The position numbers and the translations under genes were made by a program. Below are positions 41,970-52,723 of a stretch of DNA of 64,000 nucleotides, in pieces (position 1 is the first letter of the stretch; the number at the start of each line of letters is the position of its first letter). The notes under the pieces are model-generated. The model saw only the letters and a list, made by a program, of their open reading frames with translations. It made no database searches and was not told the DNA's origin. The DNA is from an uncultured Acidimicrobiia bacterium (lineage in GTDB: Bacteria > Acidobacteriota > Terriglobia > Versatilivoradales > Versatilivoraceae), in assembly GCA_963786955.1 (NCBI GenBank), contig CAWBAT010000004.1, forward strand, positions 384,001 to 448,000, in the 5' to 3' direction.

Positions 41970-42930
41970 CATTTCCCCCACGGGAAATAGGGAAAAGGCG
42001 AGCTGGGATGAATTTGATCGCGATTCCGCCCATCCTGCCAATACGACATCCTATGCACACATTTATCGCAAGCACCTGTCTTCCCCGGTATTTCTGGAAG
42101 CTCGAATCGGAAACCAAAAAGCATCTCAATGGCTTCTTTGTAAAAGGAAAATCCTTCGGAAGTTCCTTCAATGTTACCTATTCAGCCAGTGCGGGCCGCA
42201 AGTGATGCACTCCTATGCAGGTTATTATGACGAGATCTTTTCGAGCTATATACAGTTCCTGAGACATTCATTTAATCCGATGAACATCCTCGTGCTCAAC
42301 CACGCCTTGGTGAGAGGAATTACACGAACCGCTCTTGAAAAGAGTGCATTTCAAAATATCACAGAATGTGTTCCATACATTAGCCGGCTTGATGCCAGTG
42401 ATGAGGCGATTCTTAATTCCTTTCATGCGTCGCACAGAAATGATACGCGGAAGGCAATCAAAGAGGCGTTTCGGTACGACCCTAATGTTCTAGTCAACCA
42501 ATACTTTCCGTTGTCAACCGCGACCTATGGACGTTCGGGTCTCGAGGGACATCCCAAAGATTACCTGGAAGATCTTGAGAGCCATTTGGTCTCCGATGGA
42601 AAGGGATTCATTTCGGGGGTATATGTAGAAGATAAACTGGTTGCCGCTTCGATCATCATTCACCATGGAAATAATGCCTTTTACCTTCACGGTGCGAGCG
42701 TCAGTCCGAAGCCAAGGGGTTCAACGACTTTTCTGCAATTCAAAAACATGTTGCGATTGCGCGACTTGGGTGTCAAATGCTACGACATGGGAGGCGCTAA
42801 GCTCGTCGAGAATACAGACTCCAAGACAATTACGCTGACCCGATTCAAGAGCCGATTTGGCGGGACGCCCAGTTCGGCCTTCGAAGGAAGTTTATTCCCC
42901 CTTCAAAAAGAAATGGCGGGGGCGTCATGA
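41929..42930 (+). CDS. FemAB-like GNAT-fold acyl/aminoacyl transferase
   Basis: HRNDTRKA, YLHGAS, YDMGG and RFKSRFGG motifs; AAGGAG RBS before 41929. Confidence 0.8.
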   Translation: MTSLQDLSKNIEISISPTGNREKASWDEFDRDSAHPANTTSYAHIYRKHLSSPVFLEARIGNQKASQWLLCKRKILRKFLQCYLFSQCGPQVMHSYAGYYDEIFSSYIQFLRHSFNPMNILVLNHALVRGITRTALEKSAFQNITECVPYISRLDASDEAILNSFHASHRNDTRKAIKEAFRYDPNVLVNQYFPLSTATYGRSGLEGHPKDYLEDLESHLVSDGKGFISGVYVEDKLVAASIIIHHGNNAFYLHGASVSPKPRGSTTFLQFKNMLRLRDLGVKCYDMGGAKLVENTDSKTITLTRFKSRFGGTPSSAFEGSLFPLQKEMAGAS

Positions 42931-43742
42931 GTTTAGAAATCACCGCAGCGCCTTACCAAAAAGGGATTGATTTCTTGAAGCCTCACATTACCCGTGATGT
43001 TTGCAAGAAAATAGCAGCCCTGGATTTATCAATGGATCCGGATCGACCTTTTGATTTTGTCTCGTATTTGGAACGATCGGCTATTCGGTACGACCGGATT
43101 TTTCAACAGCCATTGATGTCGGGCGCGAAGTGGCTGGAAATTGGATGTCTTTTCCCTGCGTTTCCGATTGCATTGTCTTTGATGGGAATGAACGTGTCGA
43201 TCGTCGAAGATTTTTCGTTTTATCCACCGGAAATACATCAAATGTACACTCAAGTTTCAGACACTTTTGGGATTCGTTTCCTCAATCACAATCTTTCGAC
43301 TCAAGAAAACATGGTGCTGCCGGATCGGTACGACTACACCAGCCTGATGGGAGTCATGGAACACTTACCCCATACCCCCCGATTTCTTTTGGAAAATATC
43401 CATCTGAACCTGAACCCAAATGGATTTCTATACGTCGACGTACCGAATCTTTATTTCTCCTTCAATATTCAACGTTTCTTAAAAGGCCAGCACATCCAAC
43501 AGCCCATCGCAACTCTTTACCGAAGTGGTATACCCTTTGTTGGGCATCATCGTGAATACAGCGTGTCGGATTTGCGCTATGTCCTGGGTGAAGCCGGTTT
43601 TCATGTCAACCGCCTGGAGTTGTTCAACTACAGCACGGATTTTTCACTCCGGAGAATCGCGAATCCCTCACTAATATTCCATTTGCTTTCGCAAATGCCC
43701 TCTTTCAGAGAGCTTATCTTTGTGGAGTGTCAAAAACGATAA
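42927..43742 (+). CDS. Class I SAM-dependent methyltransferase
   Basis: LEIGC, VMEHL, NPNGFLYVDVPN and HHREYS motifs. Confidence 0.85.
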   Translation: MSLEITAAPYQKGIDFLKPHITRDVCKKIAALDLSMDPDRPFDFVSYLERSAIRYDRIFQQPLMSGAKWLEIGCLFPAFPIALSLMGMNVSIVEDFSFYPPEIHQMYTQVSDTFGIRFLNHNLSTQENMVLPDRYDYTSLMGVMEHLPHTPRFLLENIHLNLNPNGFLYVDVPNLYFSFNIQRFLKGQHIQQPIATLYRSGIPFVGHHREYSVSDLRYVLGEAGFHVNRLELFNYSTDFSLRRIANPSLIFHLLSQMPSFRELIFVECQKR

Positions 43743-45997
43743 TGGCAAACGGGAGTGCACAAAACTATTTAGCCGTCACAATTGATTATGAGACTTGGCA
43801 TCCCGTGCCGGAAGGGAAACGGGTTGACTGGAATCACGACGTGCTGAAGCCAACCGAAAAACTATTAGCTTTAGCCAGTCAAGTGGGCGTCAAAATTACA
43901 CTCATGGCAGAAATGGGAGAGTATTTCTGGCTACGCACCAATCGGCCTGAAATGGCAGCTCAGATGGAGAATCAATGGGTTCAAGCGATCCAATCCGGAC
44001 ATGACGTGCAGCTGCACTTACATCCTTGCTGGCTACCCGAATTGGGCGCAAGTTTCCAGGATGGTGAGTGGTACTGGGACTGGTCGAAGAGCAAGGCGCA
44101 CGACTATCCAGGAGACCTCACTGAGTTGATCGGCCGGTGCAAGCGAGTTCTCGAGTGTTTACTGCGATCCGTCGACCCTCACTATCAAGTTTCCTGCTTT
44201 CGAGCCGGAGCCTATCAAGCCCAACCATTCAGGCGCCTTTATGACGCGCTCGTTGCCAATCAGATTTATTGTGATTCTTCTGTCTATGCGGGTGGAGTTT
44301 CTCAGGAACGAGGCTATGACTATTCCTTTGCTTATTCAGCGCATCAACCGTATTTTGCGAATGCTTATGATCCTCAACTCAAGGCCCCACCTGCCGAGCG
44401 CGGTATCGTTGAGCTGCCCGTTTTCACCTACAGCCCAGATCAACGCTGGTTTCTGGATGGATCAGAAGGAGCACACTTTGCAGGCCATTTGATGAAATTC
44501 ATGGAAGACCGCAACCCTTTGTTTCAGGACGCCAGAAGCAATCCAAAGATTCAGCGGCTTCGAGAAATGTTGTGTACGGCCTATTTTCGACTTAGGCCTG
44601 TTCATCGATGGCTGAACCAAATTTTTCCAAAACCGCTCGCTCACTTTATGACCAGCTATAGTCCTGAAACACTTGCCCTACAACAATATTTCATTCTGAT
44701 CGGGCATTCCAAATCAGATCTTCGCTTCGATGACATCCAAGCAAACCTAGAAAGGCTGAAGAACGACGGCCGCTTTAAGTTCATCACTCTTTCTGAAATG
44801 GCTTCTCTGGCTCGCGAAGAGCTTTTGGCCGGACTTCATCGCCAATCCGCTTTGGAAGAGGCCACTTACCAGGTTCAGAAGGAGCGCCGTGCCATTCTGG
44901 GTGACGCCCGAAATGAAGCCCAGTCATATTATCTTCAGGAACTCATTCCGTGGGATCGAGAGACCGTTCTCGACCTGGGTTGTGGCGCAGGGTATTGGTC
45001 GGACCGAATATCCAAGTCTTACCCATGGATGCATGTCACTGGCGTAGATTGTGGAGCTGAATTTGTTGCCAAAGCAAGGGCTATGTATGGCTCAGAGCGA
45101 GTACTTTTCAAGGTCGAAGATTTTGGTCATCTCAGCTTTGGGGACAACTCCTTCGATTGCGTTTATGCCGACAATTCCCTGGAACATGCCTTTGACGTAG
45201 AGGGTACTCTCCATGAAATCTATCGAGTCCTTCAGCGTGGCGGAGTTCTGGTGGCTGCCATTCCCAGCGATGGTCGAAATCCCCGGAAAATCTGCGAGAA
45301 CCATACCTGGAAAACAGTACCCCATGAAGTCTTGCTGCGTCTTGAGAAGGCTGGGTTTGTAAATATCGAGATTCGTGAGCTTGATATTTTTCGGGCCCTT
45401 GGAATGCCCCCTTATCCTCCATCTCAGGATAATATGATGTACGTACGAGCATGGAAAACCGAGGGGGAAGGGGCTTCAAAGTTGGACCGAGCCTTGGAGG
45501 CTACAAACTGGGTTTACCGAAAACTCTGCCCGAAGCAGTCCTCTGAAGGAAATAATCCTGTCGAAATCATTAAGAAAGGTTATGCCTTCTGTTGGGGGTA
45601 TGCCGTAGTCCTTGGCAAGTTGCTTCAGCAGGAGGGCTATCCCGTGAAGTGGTTAACCATGCTGGCTAAAGATCATCCGAAAGGTCGAGGAAAAGAGCGG
45701 ATCGACTCTCACGAAGTGGTCATCGTTGACCTAAATGGCAGACAGGTCATCCTTGACCCAATGGCCAATACCTGCATCCCCTGTTCGGTCGAAGATATCT
45801 TCCGCCGCCCGGAACTGGCTGTCCCCAAAAAGAATCCGGACCAGCGTTATATCGAAAGAGAATATTGTTTGTACGATACGGCTGCCTGGTACGGAAGAGT
45901 TTTCAAATATGCATTACGGACGGACGTCAGCCAGCGGATCTTGTTTTGGAAACGCGTTCATCATCCCCGAACTCTCCCTCAGACTGAGCGATCGTGA
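43727..45997 (+). CDS. Polysaccharide-deacetylase-like + methyltransferase + transglutaminase-like fusion
   Basis: TIDYE/QLHLHP/FRAGAY (CE4-like); VLDLGCGAG (methyltransferase); FCWGYA..SHEVV..ILDP (Cys-His-Asp). Confidence 0.75.
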   Translation: MSKTIMANGSAQNYLAVTIDYETWHPVPEGKRVDWNHDVLKPTEKLLALASQVGVKITLMAEMGEYFWLRTNRPEMAAQMENQWVQAIQSGHDVQLHLHPCWLPELGASFQDGEWYWDWSKSKAHDYPGDLTELIGRCKRVLECLLRSVDPHYQVSCFRAGAYQAQPFRRLYDALVANQIYCDSSVYAGGVSQERGYDYSFAYSAHQPYFANAYDPQLKAPPAERGIVELPVFTYSPDQRWFLDGSEGAHFAGHLMKFMEDRNPLFQDARSNPKIQRLREMLCTAYFRLRPVHRWLNQIFPKPLAHFMTSYSPETLALQQYFILIGHSKSDLRFDDIQANLERLKNDGRFKFITLSEMASLAREELLAGLHRQSALEEATYQVQKERRAILGDARNEAQSYYLQELIPWDRETVLDLGCGAGYWSDRISKSYPWMHVTGVDCGAEFVAKARAMYGSERVLFKVEDFGHLSFGDNSFDCVYADNSLEHAFDVEGTLHEIYRVLQRGGVLVAAIPSDGRNPRKICENHTWKTVPHEVLLRLEKAGFVNIEIRELDIFRALGMPPYPPSQDNMMYVRAWKTEGEGASKLDRALEATNWVYRKLCPKQSSEGNNPVEIIKKGYAFCWGYAVVLGKLLQQEGYPVKWLTMLAKDHPKGRGKERIDSHEVVIVDLNGRQVILDPMANTCIPCSVEDIFRRPELAVPKKNPDQRYIEREYCLYDTAAWYGRVFKYALRTDVSQRILFWKRVHHPRTLPQTERS

Positions 45998-47607
45998 GTT
46001 CATCGTCAATCACCATCATTAAGGGAGCATCGTCATCCGTAGAGGATTCAGGTCCTGGTCGTGTCACCTCGTTTGAAGAGGTCAAAAGGTGTTTTTCTGC
46101 CGGAAAATTTTGGCCCCACCTTTTTCGGTACAACCTGGCCCGTTTGGTCACCTATCGACTTGCGGTCTTGCCCAAACCTTTTCTTACAGCGCTGCTTCTG
46201 CGCCTTTTGTGTCATGGGGAATGTTACTTTGAAGATCGATTTGGGAGGCGAGAGAAAATTGGGGCGATCCAATGGCTACTCCTTGGTCAACGACTACTCC
46301 AAGATAGTTTCCGGAGAGCTACGTTACTGCGATCCATCCGGAAAGATGTCGAACTTCTCAGTCGTCATCGAATAGAAGAAACCTTGGGGACTCCAAAACT
46401 GGATCTCGAAGCCTCACCGGTTTATCTCCGAACCGATCTTTCTTTTGGAGTGATTTCGGGAGGGTCGGTTGGACATATCGCCGGGGTGCTCAACCAACTA
46501 GAGAGTTTCGCAAAGTCCCCCATCTTTCTGACGACGGACCCCATTCCGATGGTTTCCCCAACCGTGGAGTCTCATACCGTCAACCTTGACGCTTCGTTTT
46601 GGAATTTCCGGGAGCTTCCATCATTTCATATCAACGAAATCATTTTCAAACAAGCTTTACACGCTCTTGCGAACCGGCGGATTTCATTTGTCTATCAACG
46701 GTATAGTCTCAACAACTACGTTGGTATGAAACTAGCAAAGGAATTCGCGATCCCATTTGTCCTCGAATATAACGGCTCAGAAGTTTGGATCAATCGTCAT
46801 TGGGGACAAGCCCTTCAGTATGAACAATTGTCTAGTCAGATCGAACTGCTCAATCTTCAGGGCGCAGATGTGATTGTCGTCGTCAGTGAAGCTCTGAGGG
46901 CGGAGCTAGTCTCACGCGGAATTGAGGCCAAGAAAATTCTAGTTAACCCGAACGGTGTGGATTCCCAACGATACTCACCTGAAATTGACGGTTCTGCTCT
47001 TCGTCAGCAATTACAGCTCACGGGCAAGACAGTCATCGGATTTATTGGTACATTTGGGAGGTGGCACGGTGCAGAGGTCCTTTCTGCCGCCTTTGGTGAA
47101 TTACTGAAACGAAACCCCGCCTACCGGTCCAACGTCCGCTTGTTGATGATTGGAGACGGCATGAGGATGCCGGATGCCCGAGAAATAACTGCAAAAAGCA
47201 ATGTTACCGAGGAATGCCTTTTCACCGGGCTCATCCCTCAGGAGAAGGGTCCCCAGTATCTGGCGGCGGCCGATATCCTTGTTGCTCCCCACGTCCCGAA
47301 TCCGGACGGCACCCCTTTCTTTGGATCTCCGACGAAGCTGTTTGAGTACATGGCGATGGGGAGAGGAATTGTGGCTTCAAATCTGGATCAGATTGGAGAA
47401 GTCTTACAACACGGAAAGACTGGCTGGCTGGTGAAACCGGGAGACACTGCGTCACTTCAGATGGGCCTGAAGACACTCATTGACAACGAAAAACTCAGGA
47501 CGGAGATCGGACAGGCAGCCCGCAAAGAGGTTATTGCGAAATATACCTGGCAAGAACACACCCGCCGCATCATAGAGAAACTCAAGGAGTGTTGCGATTG
47601 CGATTGA
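45994..47607 (+). CDS. Glycosyltransferase family 4
   Basis: NPNGVD, GFIGTF, SPTKLFEYMAMG and YTW motifs. Confidence 0.92.
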   Translation: MSSSSITIIKGASSSVEDSGPGRVTSFEEVKRCFSAGKFWPHLFRYNLARLVTYRLAVLPKPFLTALLLRLLCHGECYFEDRFGRREKIGAIQWLLLGQRLLQDSFRRATLLRSIRKDVELLSRHRIEETLGTPKLDLEASPVYLRTDLSFGVISGGSVGHIAGVLNQLESFAKSPIFLTTDPIPMVSPTVESHTVNLDASFWNFRELPSFHINEIIFKQALHALANRRISFVYQRYSLNNYVGMKLAKEFAIPFVLEYNGSEVWINRHWGQALQYEQLSSQIELLNLQGADVIVVVSEALRAELVSRGIEAKKILVNPNGVDSQRYSPEIDGSALRQQLQLTGKTVIGFIGTFGRWHGAEVLSAAFGELLKRNPAYRSNVRLLMIGDGMRMPDAREITAKSNVTEECLFTGLIPQEKGPQYLAAADILVAPHVPNPDGTPFFGSPTKLFEYMAMGRGIVASNLDQIGEVLQHGKTGWLVKPGDTASLQMGLKTLIDNEKLRTEIGQAARKEVIAKYTWQEHTRRIIEKLKECCDCD

Positions 47608-49700
47608 CTCATTTCTTGAAAAAGGTCATGGCTACGCCCCCGACACGTTTGCCTAAAGTTCTCTACCGGGCAACTCATCGCCTTCTGAAAGAGTACCGCT
47701 TGCGCAGTGATGCCATGAAGCATCGCGGAGAAATCGCTGACGCTGATTTCTTCCGGGCCATTTCCGTTCCAAACCAGGAGAGAAATCCCAGCGACTCCGG
47801 GTTGCCGATGGAACCTCTCTTCTCGACTCGCCACACGACGGCTGCCGTTTTTGTCGGCGAATTTAATCGCTTGTTCCCGCGCCTCAAGGAAAACATCATT
47901 TGCCAGGCTGAAGAGGTTCTCAAGCATCACTTCGATTTGTTGGGATCTGGCAAGGTGGATCTCGGGCCGAAGATCGATTGGCACCGGGATTTTAAGTCGG
48001 GACATCGTTGGGAACCAGGGACTTATTTCAAAGATTATGTTCGGGTCCGGCTGGAGGACCACTCTGATATTAAGGTCACGCGCGAGTTGTCTCGCTTCCA
48101 ACATTTACCCCTGCTTGGGAAAGCTTACTGGTTGACCGGAGACGAAAGGTTCGCTCTAGAATTCGTGAACCAGCTCAATGATTGGATGGATGAAAACCCA
48201 CCCATGTTCAGTATCAATTGGGACTGTGCGATGGACGTGGCAATTCGCGCCGTGAACTGGGTGACCGCCTACAGTTTTTTCCAACAATCTCCTTCGCTTT
48301 CTCTTAAGTTTCAAAAGCGATTGGCAAAAAGCTTACTGAGCCACGGCCGATTCATTTATGAAAACCTTGAGTATTATGAGGCTCCTATCGACGGGGAGAT
48401 CAAACGGCTCAACAGCAACCACTATCTCTCTAATCTATCGGGATTGATTTTCATTGCCGCCGCCTGCCCTTTTTTCAAGGAATCCCGGCATTGGATTGCA
48501 TTTGCCAGCGGCGAGCTTTTTCTGGAGATCGAGGAACAGGTTTATCCATCCGGCGTGGACTATGAACACTCTGTTTCCTATCACCGTCTTGTTTTGGAGC
48601 TTTTTCTATATTCCATACTGGTGATCAAAGACCAGGGTGTTTCAGTCCCCAAGAAAGTTATACAGCGCCTCGAAAAAATGTTCGAGTACTTGCTGTACTA
48701 CACCAAACCGGATGGAACCCACCCTTTATCGGGCGATGCGGACGATGGGCGTTTGCTGATCTGGAATGAAAGCCCGATTGATTCCCATTGCTACCTCCTG
48801 TGTTTAGGGGCTTCCCTGTTTGATCGGTCCGACATGAAGGCAGTGGCAGGAGCCCTGGATGAATCCTTGGCCTGGGTGAGAGGAATCTCGGCAGCAGTTG
48901 AGTATTTAGAGTTAGAAGCAAAATCAACTCCACTTGAATCCAGAGGATTTGCTGACGCGCAGTTCTATATCATGAGGAAGGACCAGAACACCTTGTTTGT
49001 CGATGCAGCGGACATCGGGATTCGTGGCCGTGGAAGCCACGATCACAATGACCGGTTAAGCTTCGACCTATATGCGGGCAACACCACCTTCTTTAGTGAT
49101 AGTGGAGCTTACGTTTACTCCGCCAACCCCCAGGCAAGGAACTGGTTTCGCAGTACGGCTGCCCACAACACCGTTTGCGTTGACCAAGTCGAACAAAACA
49201 CGCTTGGCGAAGGTGTCAATCTATGGACAATCGGAAATGAGGCCAAAGTAAAAGTGGAGCGATGGGAATCAAACCTTCAGTCTGACGTGCTTCGCGTTTC
49301 CCATGAGGGGTACCGTCGTCTCCCGGATCCGGTGACCCACGTCCGAGAGTTTCGGTTCTCTAAGAACCCCATAGAGTGCATGATCATCGACGAGCTCATG
49401 GGGAGTCAGACCCATGACCTGGATTGGTACTTCCATCTGGGAGTCGGAGTCCGCATCGAACAGGGCGGAAAGCCGATCCTCGAATCATTTCATGAAGGGC
49501 TTACAATTCGTGGCCATCACGATGACCAGATTATCTTCCGGCTCTGTGAGCAGATGAACGGGATGACCGCCGAACTCATAGATGGCTGGATTTCTCCCCG
49601 TTATGGAGTCAAGATTCCTTCTAGCACCATTCATTTGAGAGTGCGCATGGTTTTGCCACTCCGGGTTCGATTTGAAATCACACCCCGCGGACAGGTGTGA
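47589..49700 (+). CDS. Heparinase II/III-family (alginate-lyase-like) protein
   Basis: ELSRFQH, NHY, EHSVSYHR, GDADDG, HDHND and STAAHNT motifs. Confidence 0.9.
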   Translation: MLRLRLTHFLKKVMATPPTRLPKVLYRATHRLLKEYRLRSDAMKHRGEIADADFFRAISVPNQERNPSDSGLPMEPLFSTRHTTAAVFVGEFNRLFPRLKENIICQAEEVLKHHFDLLGSGKVDLGPKIDWHRDFKSGHRWEPGTYFKDYVRVRLEDHSDIKVTRELSRFQHLPLLGKAYWLTGDERFALEFVNQLNDWMDENPPMFSINWDCAMDVAIRAVNWVTAYSFFQQSPSLSLKFQKRLAKSLLSHGRFIYENLEYYEAPIDGEIKRLNSNHYLSNLSGLIFIAAACPFFKESRHWIAFASGELFLEIEEQVYPSGVDYEHSVSYHRLVLELFLYSILVIKDQGVSVPKKVIQRLEKMFEYLLYYTKPDGTHPLSGDADDGRLLIWNESPIDSHCYLLCLGASLFDRSDMKAVAGALDESLAWVRGISAAVEYLELEAKSTPLESRGFADAQFYIMRKDQNTLFVDAADIGIRGRGSHDHNDRLSFDLYAGNTTFFSDSGAYVYSANPQARNWFRSTAAHNTVCVDQVEQNTLGEGVNLWTIGNEAKVKVERWESNLQSDVLRVSHEGYRRLPDPVTHVREFRFSKNPIECMIIDELMGSQTHDLDWYFHLGVGVRIEQGGKPILESFHEGLTIRGHHDDQIIFRLCEQMNGMTAELIDGWISPRYGVKIPSSTIHLRVRMVLPLRVRFEITPRGQV

Positions 49701-49790
49701 GAAATTTAAGCACCATCAATGGGTTTCAAGCGTCCTTCTGGAGCTGAATTCAACCCAAAAAAGTCGATCGTAACTGGCTAAGGTTAACCG

Positions 49791-51056
49791 ATGAATACGC
49801 AGCCCAAGAAAATGACCGGCACCATCCACTTCCTCTATGTTGTCTCCGAGGGGTTTCCGCCAACGGTTTTTGACTCCCAGGTCGTGGACTATCTCCATAT
49901 GATGGAAGGTCAGGGGATTCTCTTCGAGCTGGTGGTATTCGAACGATTGTTGGGAATTTTTCCAAATTGGAGGAGAAATCGGAAGCGGTTGCGTGAGGTT
50001 CGAGAACAACTCAACGGTCGCATCTACTATCGCTTTTTGATTACGACATTCCTCGGATGGGATTTTTGGGTTCCCCAGCAGCAGCTTTATTTAATCGCTA
50101 AACCGTCTGACCCGTCCGTTCGAACCGTCATCCACGCCAGGACGCAAACATCTGCAGCGATTGCCCTTCGGTTGAAAAGTTGGATTCCGGAAACAAAAGT
50201 CGTCTTTGATATGCGCGGAGACACTCCAGCCGAGTACCTGCTCAGCGTTGAAAAGTCAGGGGGGGACCTTCGTTCGAGAGCCGTCCGAAGAAAATACGAA
50301 AAGCTCAAAAGTATTGAAATGCGCGCCGTAAAGGAATCAGACGCAATCCTTTGCGTCTCGGGGGTCATGCGAGACAAGATCGTCGGAGAATACCGGGTCC
50401 CTTCCCAGAAAATCCACGTGATCCCCACCGTAGCCAACACTCGAAAGTTCTACTGGGATCCACAACTGCGCAGTGTGGTACGGAAAGAGTTAGGCATTGA
50501 AGATAAGTTCACATTTGTTTATGCGGGATCTATTCGGGCTTATCAGTCTATAGAGATTCTGCTGGAATTTTTCCGCAAGACCCAGGTGAAACGATCTGAA
50601 GTGCATCTGTTGTTGATTACACCTCAAAGCACCGAAGCTGAACAATACCTTCACAGATTACTTTCACCAGGCACTTGCACCGTTCGAAGCGCTAGCCATA
50701 ACGAGATGGCTCGCTGGCTGAACGCCGCAGATGCGGGACTATTGCTAAGGGAACCCAATCCTGTCAATCAAGTCGCTGCACCTACTAAGTTTGCTGAATA
50801 CTTGTTGTGCGGACTTCCCGTCGTGATGACCGAAGGCATTGGCGACTTCAGTGAACTCGCCAAGAAGGAAAAGATAGGAATTGTGTTAGAACGGAGCCAA
50901 TGGGAAGAAGAGCTCCATGCACGATGGAATGAATTGGTTTTCCTGACCGATTCCATCCAGAGAGAGCGTATAGCCCAAAAAGGTAAACAAATGTTCAGCA
51001 ATGAACACTTTGCAGAATTACTCCCCCCCTTATATTCAACACTATCTGAGGGGTGA
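49791..51056 (+). CDS. Glycosyltransferase family 4
   Basis: FDMRG, YAGS and PTKFAEYLLCGLPV motifs. Confidence 0.88.
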   Translation: MNTQPKKMTGTIHFLYVVSEGFPPTVFDSQVVDYLHMMEGQGILFELVVFERLLGIFPNWRRNRKRLREVREQLNGRIYYRFLITTFLGWDFWVPQQQLYLIAKPSDPSVRTVIHARTQTSAAIALRLKSWIPETKVVFDMRGDTPAEYLLSVEKSGGDLRSRAVRRKYEKLKSIEMRAVKESDAILCVSGVMRDKIVGEYRVPSQKIHVIPTVANTRKFYWDPQLRSVVRKELGIEDKFTFVYAGSIRAYQSIEILLEFFRKTQVKRSEVHLLLITPQSTEAEQYLHRLLSPGTCTVRSASHNEMARWLNAADAGLLLREPNPVNQVAAPTKFAEYLLCGLPVVMTEGIGDFSELAKKEKIGIVLERSQWEEELHARWNELVFLTDSIQRERIAQKGKQMFSNEHFAELLPPLYSTLSEG

Positions 51057-51372
51057 ATTTTTCCAGCTTCCAGTGAACACCAATGGTTTGAAAGTATTAG
51101 GAGTCATCGATTTCTCACCCGGAGCTCTGCCGTTCTGCAGGACTTATGGTGCCCTTAAGTTAAAAAAAACTAAAATTCCGCTAACTATTTGCCGAATAAA
51201 GGATTAGACTCAAATAGAAGATGCCAAGTTAGAGAGAGCGCGGTCCATGGAAAAAAGTCAAGGCAGGTTTGGCAAAAGGGTAGCAAATTTATTTTCAGAT
51301 CTCCAGACTTCTTGACAATATTGGACTTGTTCTCTAGACTGGCGTTTGAACTCAGATGAAGGAAGGTCTGTC

Positions 51373-51639
51373 GTGATCAAGTTAGATATCATCAATCAGG
51401 TGGTTGAGCGAACCGGCATCCCCAGAGCGAAAGCAGAGCTTGCTGTTGACACCGTCTTTGATGCGATGAAAGTTGCATTAAAGGGCGAAGATCGTATTGA
51501 ACTTCGCGGGTTCGGTGTCTTCACGATCAAACCTCGCAAGACCGGGATTGGTAGAAACCCCCGAACCGGTGAAGAAGTTTCTATTCCTCCTGGGAAAGCT
51601 GTGAGGTTTAAACCGGGTAAGGATTTGCAGTCGGTTTGA
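51373..51639 (+). CDS. HU/IHF DNA-binding protein
   Basis: IELRGFGVF, GRNPRTGE and FKPGK motifs. Confidence 0.95.
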   Translation: MIKLDIINQVVERTGIPRAKAELAVDTVFDAMKVALKGEDRIELRGFGVFTIKPRKTGIGRNPRTGEEVSIPPGKAVRFKPGKDLQSV

Positions 51640-51710
51640 TCTCGTTTAGATTCAGTCGTTGCAACACCTCTTTATAGAGTTTACCCCTACCAAACAATCC
51701 TGCTATTCAC

Positions 51711-51736
51711 GAGGCGAGTTAAGAGCTCGCCTTTTT
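51711..51736 (+). terminator. Rho-independent terminator after the HU gene
   Basis: aggcgagtt-aag-agctcgcct followed by a T run. Confidence 0.7.
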
Positions 51737-51756
51737 AGATAGCTTTTTTTCTTTTC

Positions 51757-52716
51757 ATGCCCGAAATTCCCCAGCCTCCTCTTGACGGATTTCAACCCTT
51801 GGTCCAGACACACCCGGTAACTGTGTATGAGCCAGCGTATCGTCCGAAGTACAAGCTAAGCCTTTTGCTTTTCGTCATTACGGCAATTTCGACTCTATCC
51901 GTGGGCGCAGAGTACAACTACTATTACAAAATCAACGGCCCGAGCGATGAAGCCATTGGTGCACTGGGACATCTGATAAAGCAACCGTCCATGCTTCTGA
52001 GTGGTTTTCCTTTTGTACTCACTCTGTTGGGGTTCTTGATGGCTCACGAAATGGGACATTTTCTGGCCTGCCAGTACTACGGGATTCGCTCAACCCTGCC
52101 GTATTTCATTCCTTTTCCGAATCTTATCGGAACATTGGGGGCATTCATTCGGATTCGCTCACCCTTTGAAAATCGAAAGGCTCTTTTTGACGTCGGGATC
52201 GCAGGACCTATTGCCGGATTCGTTGTCGCCGTTCCTGCTTTGATCATGTCACTTCCTTTTTCAAAAGTAACTCCCATGAAACCCGGATTCTCTTATTTTC
52301 TATTCGGCGAGTCCCTCATGTTTAAGTTTGTGGCGTGGATTTTCGGGCTGCATTTCCCGGCGGGCATGGACATCAATTATCACCCAGTGGCATTTGCGGC
52401 TTTAGTTGGTCTGTTTGCCACCGCACTCAATCTTTTGCCGGTCGGCCAATTAGATGGCGGGCACATCATCTACGCTTTATTTGGACGCCGACATCGACTG
52501 ATATCCAAAGTTTTTGTGTTTGGGGTGATTCCGTTGTTGATGTTCTTCTGGACAGCCTGGCTCATGTGGGCTGTAATCCCATTGATTCTGGGAATCAACC
52601 ATCCGCCGACTATGGATGATGAAGCTCCTCTCGGGACCAAGCGCAAGGTCGTGGCTGTGCTGGGCCTCATCATCTTTCTCCTCAGTTTTTCTCCCACCCC
52701 GATTCGACTGATTTGA
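51757..52716 (+). CDS. Site-2 protease (M50) family
   Basis: HEMGH, AGP and NLLPVGQLDGGH motifs. Confidence 0.93.
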   Translation: MPEIPQPPLDGFQPLVQTHPVTVYEPAYRPKYKLSLLLFVITAISTLSVGAEYNYYYKINGPSDEAIGALGHLIKQPSMLLSGFPFVLTLLGFLMAHEMGHFLACQYYGIRSTLPYFIPFPNLIGTLGAFIRIRSPFENRKALFDVGIAGPIAGFVVAVPALIMSLPFSKVTPMKPGFSYFLFGESLMFKFVAWIFGLHFPAGMDINYHPVAFAALVGLFATALNLLPVGQLDGGHIIYALFGRRHRLISKVFVFGVIPLLMFFWTAWLMWAVIPLILGINHPPTMDDEAPLGTKRKVVAVLGLIIFLLSFSPTPIRLI

Positions 52717-52723
52717 TTTTTCT

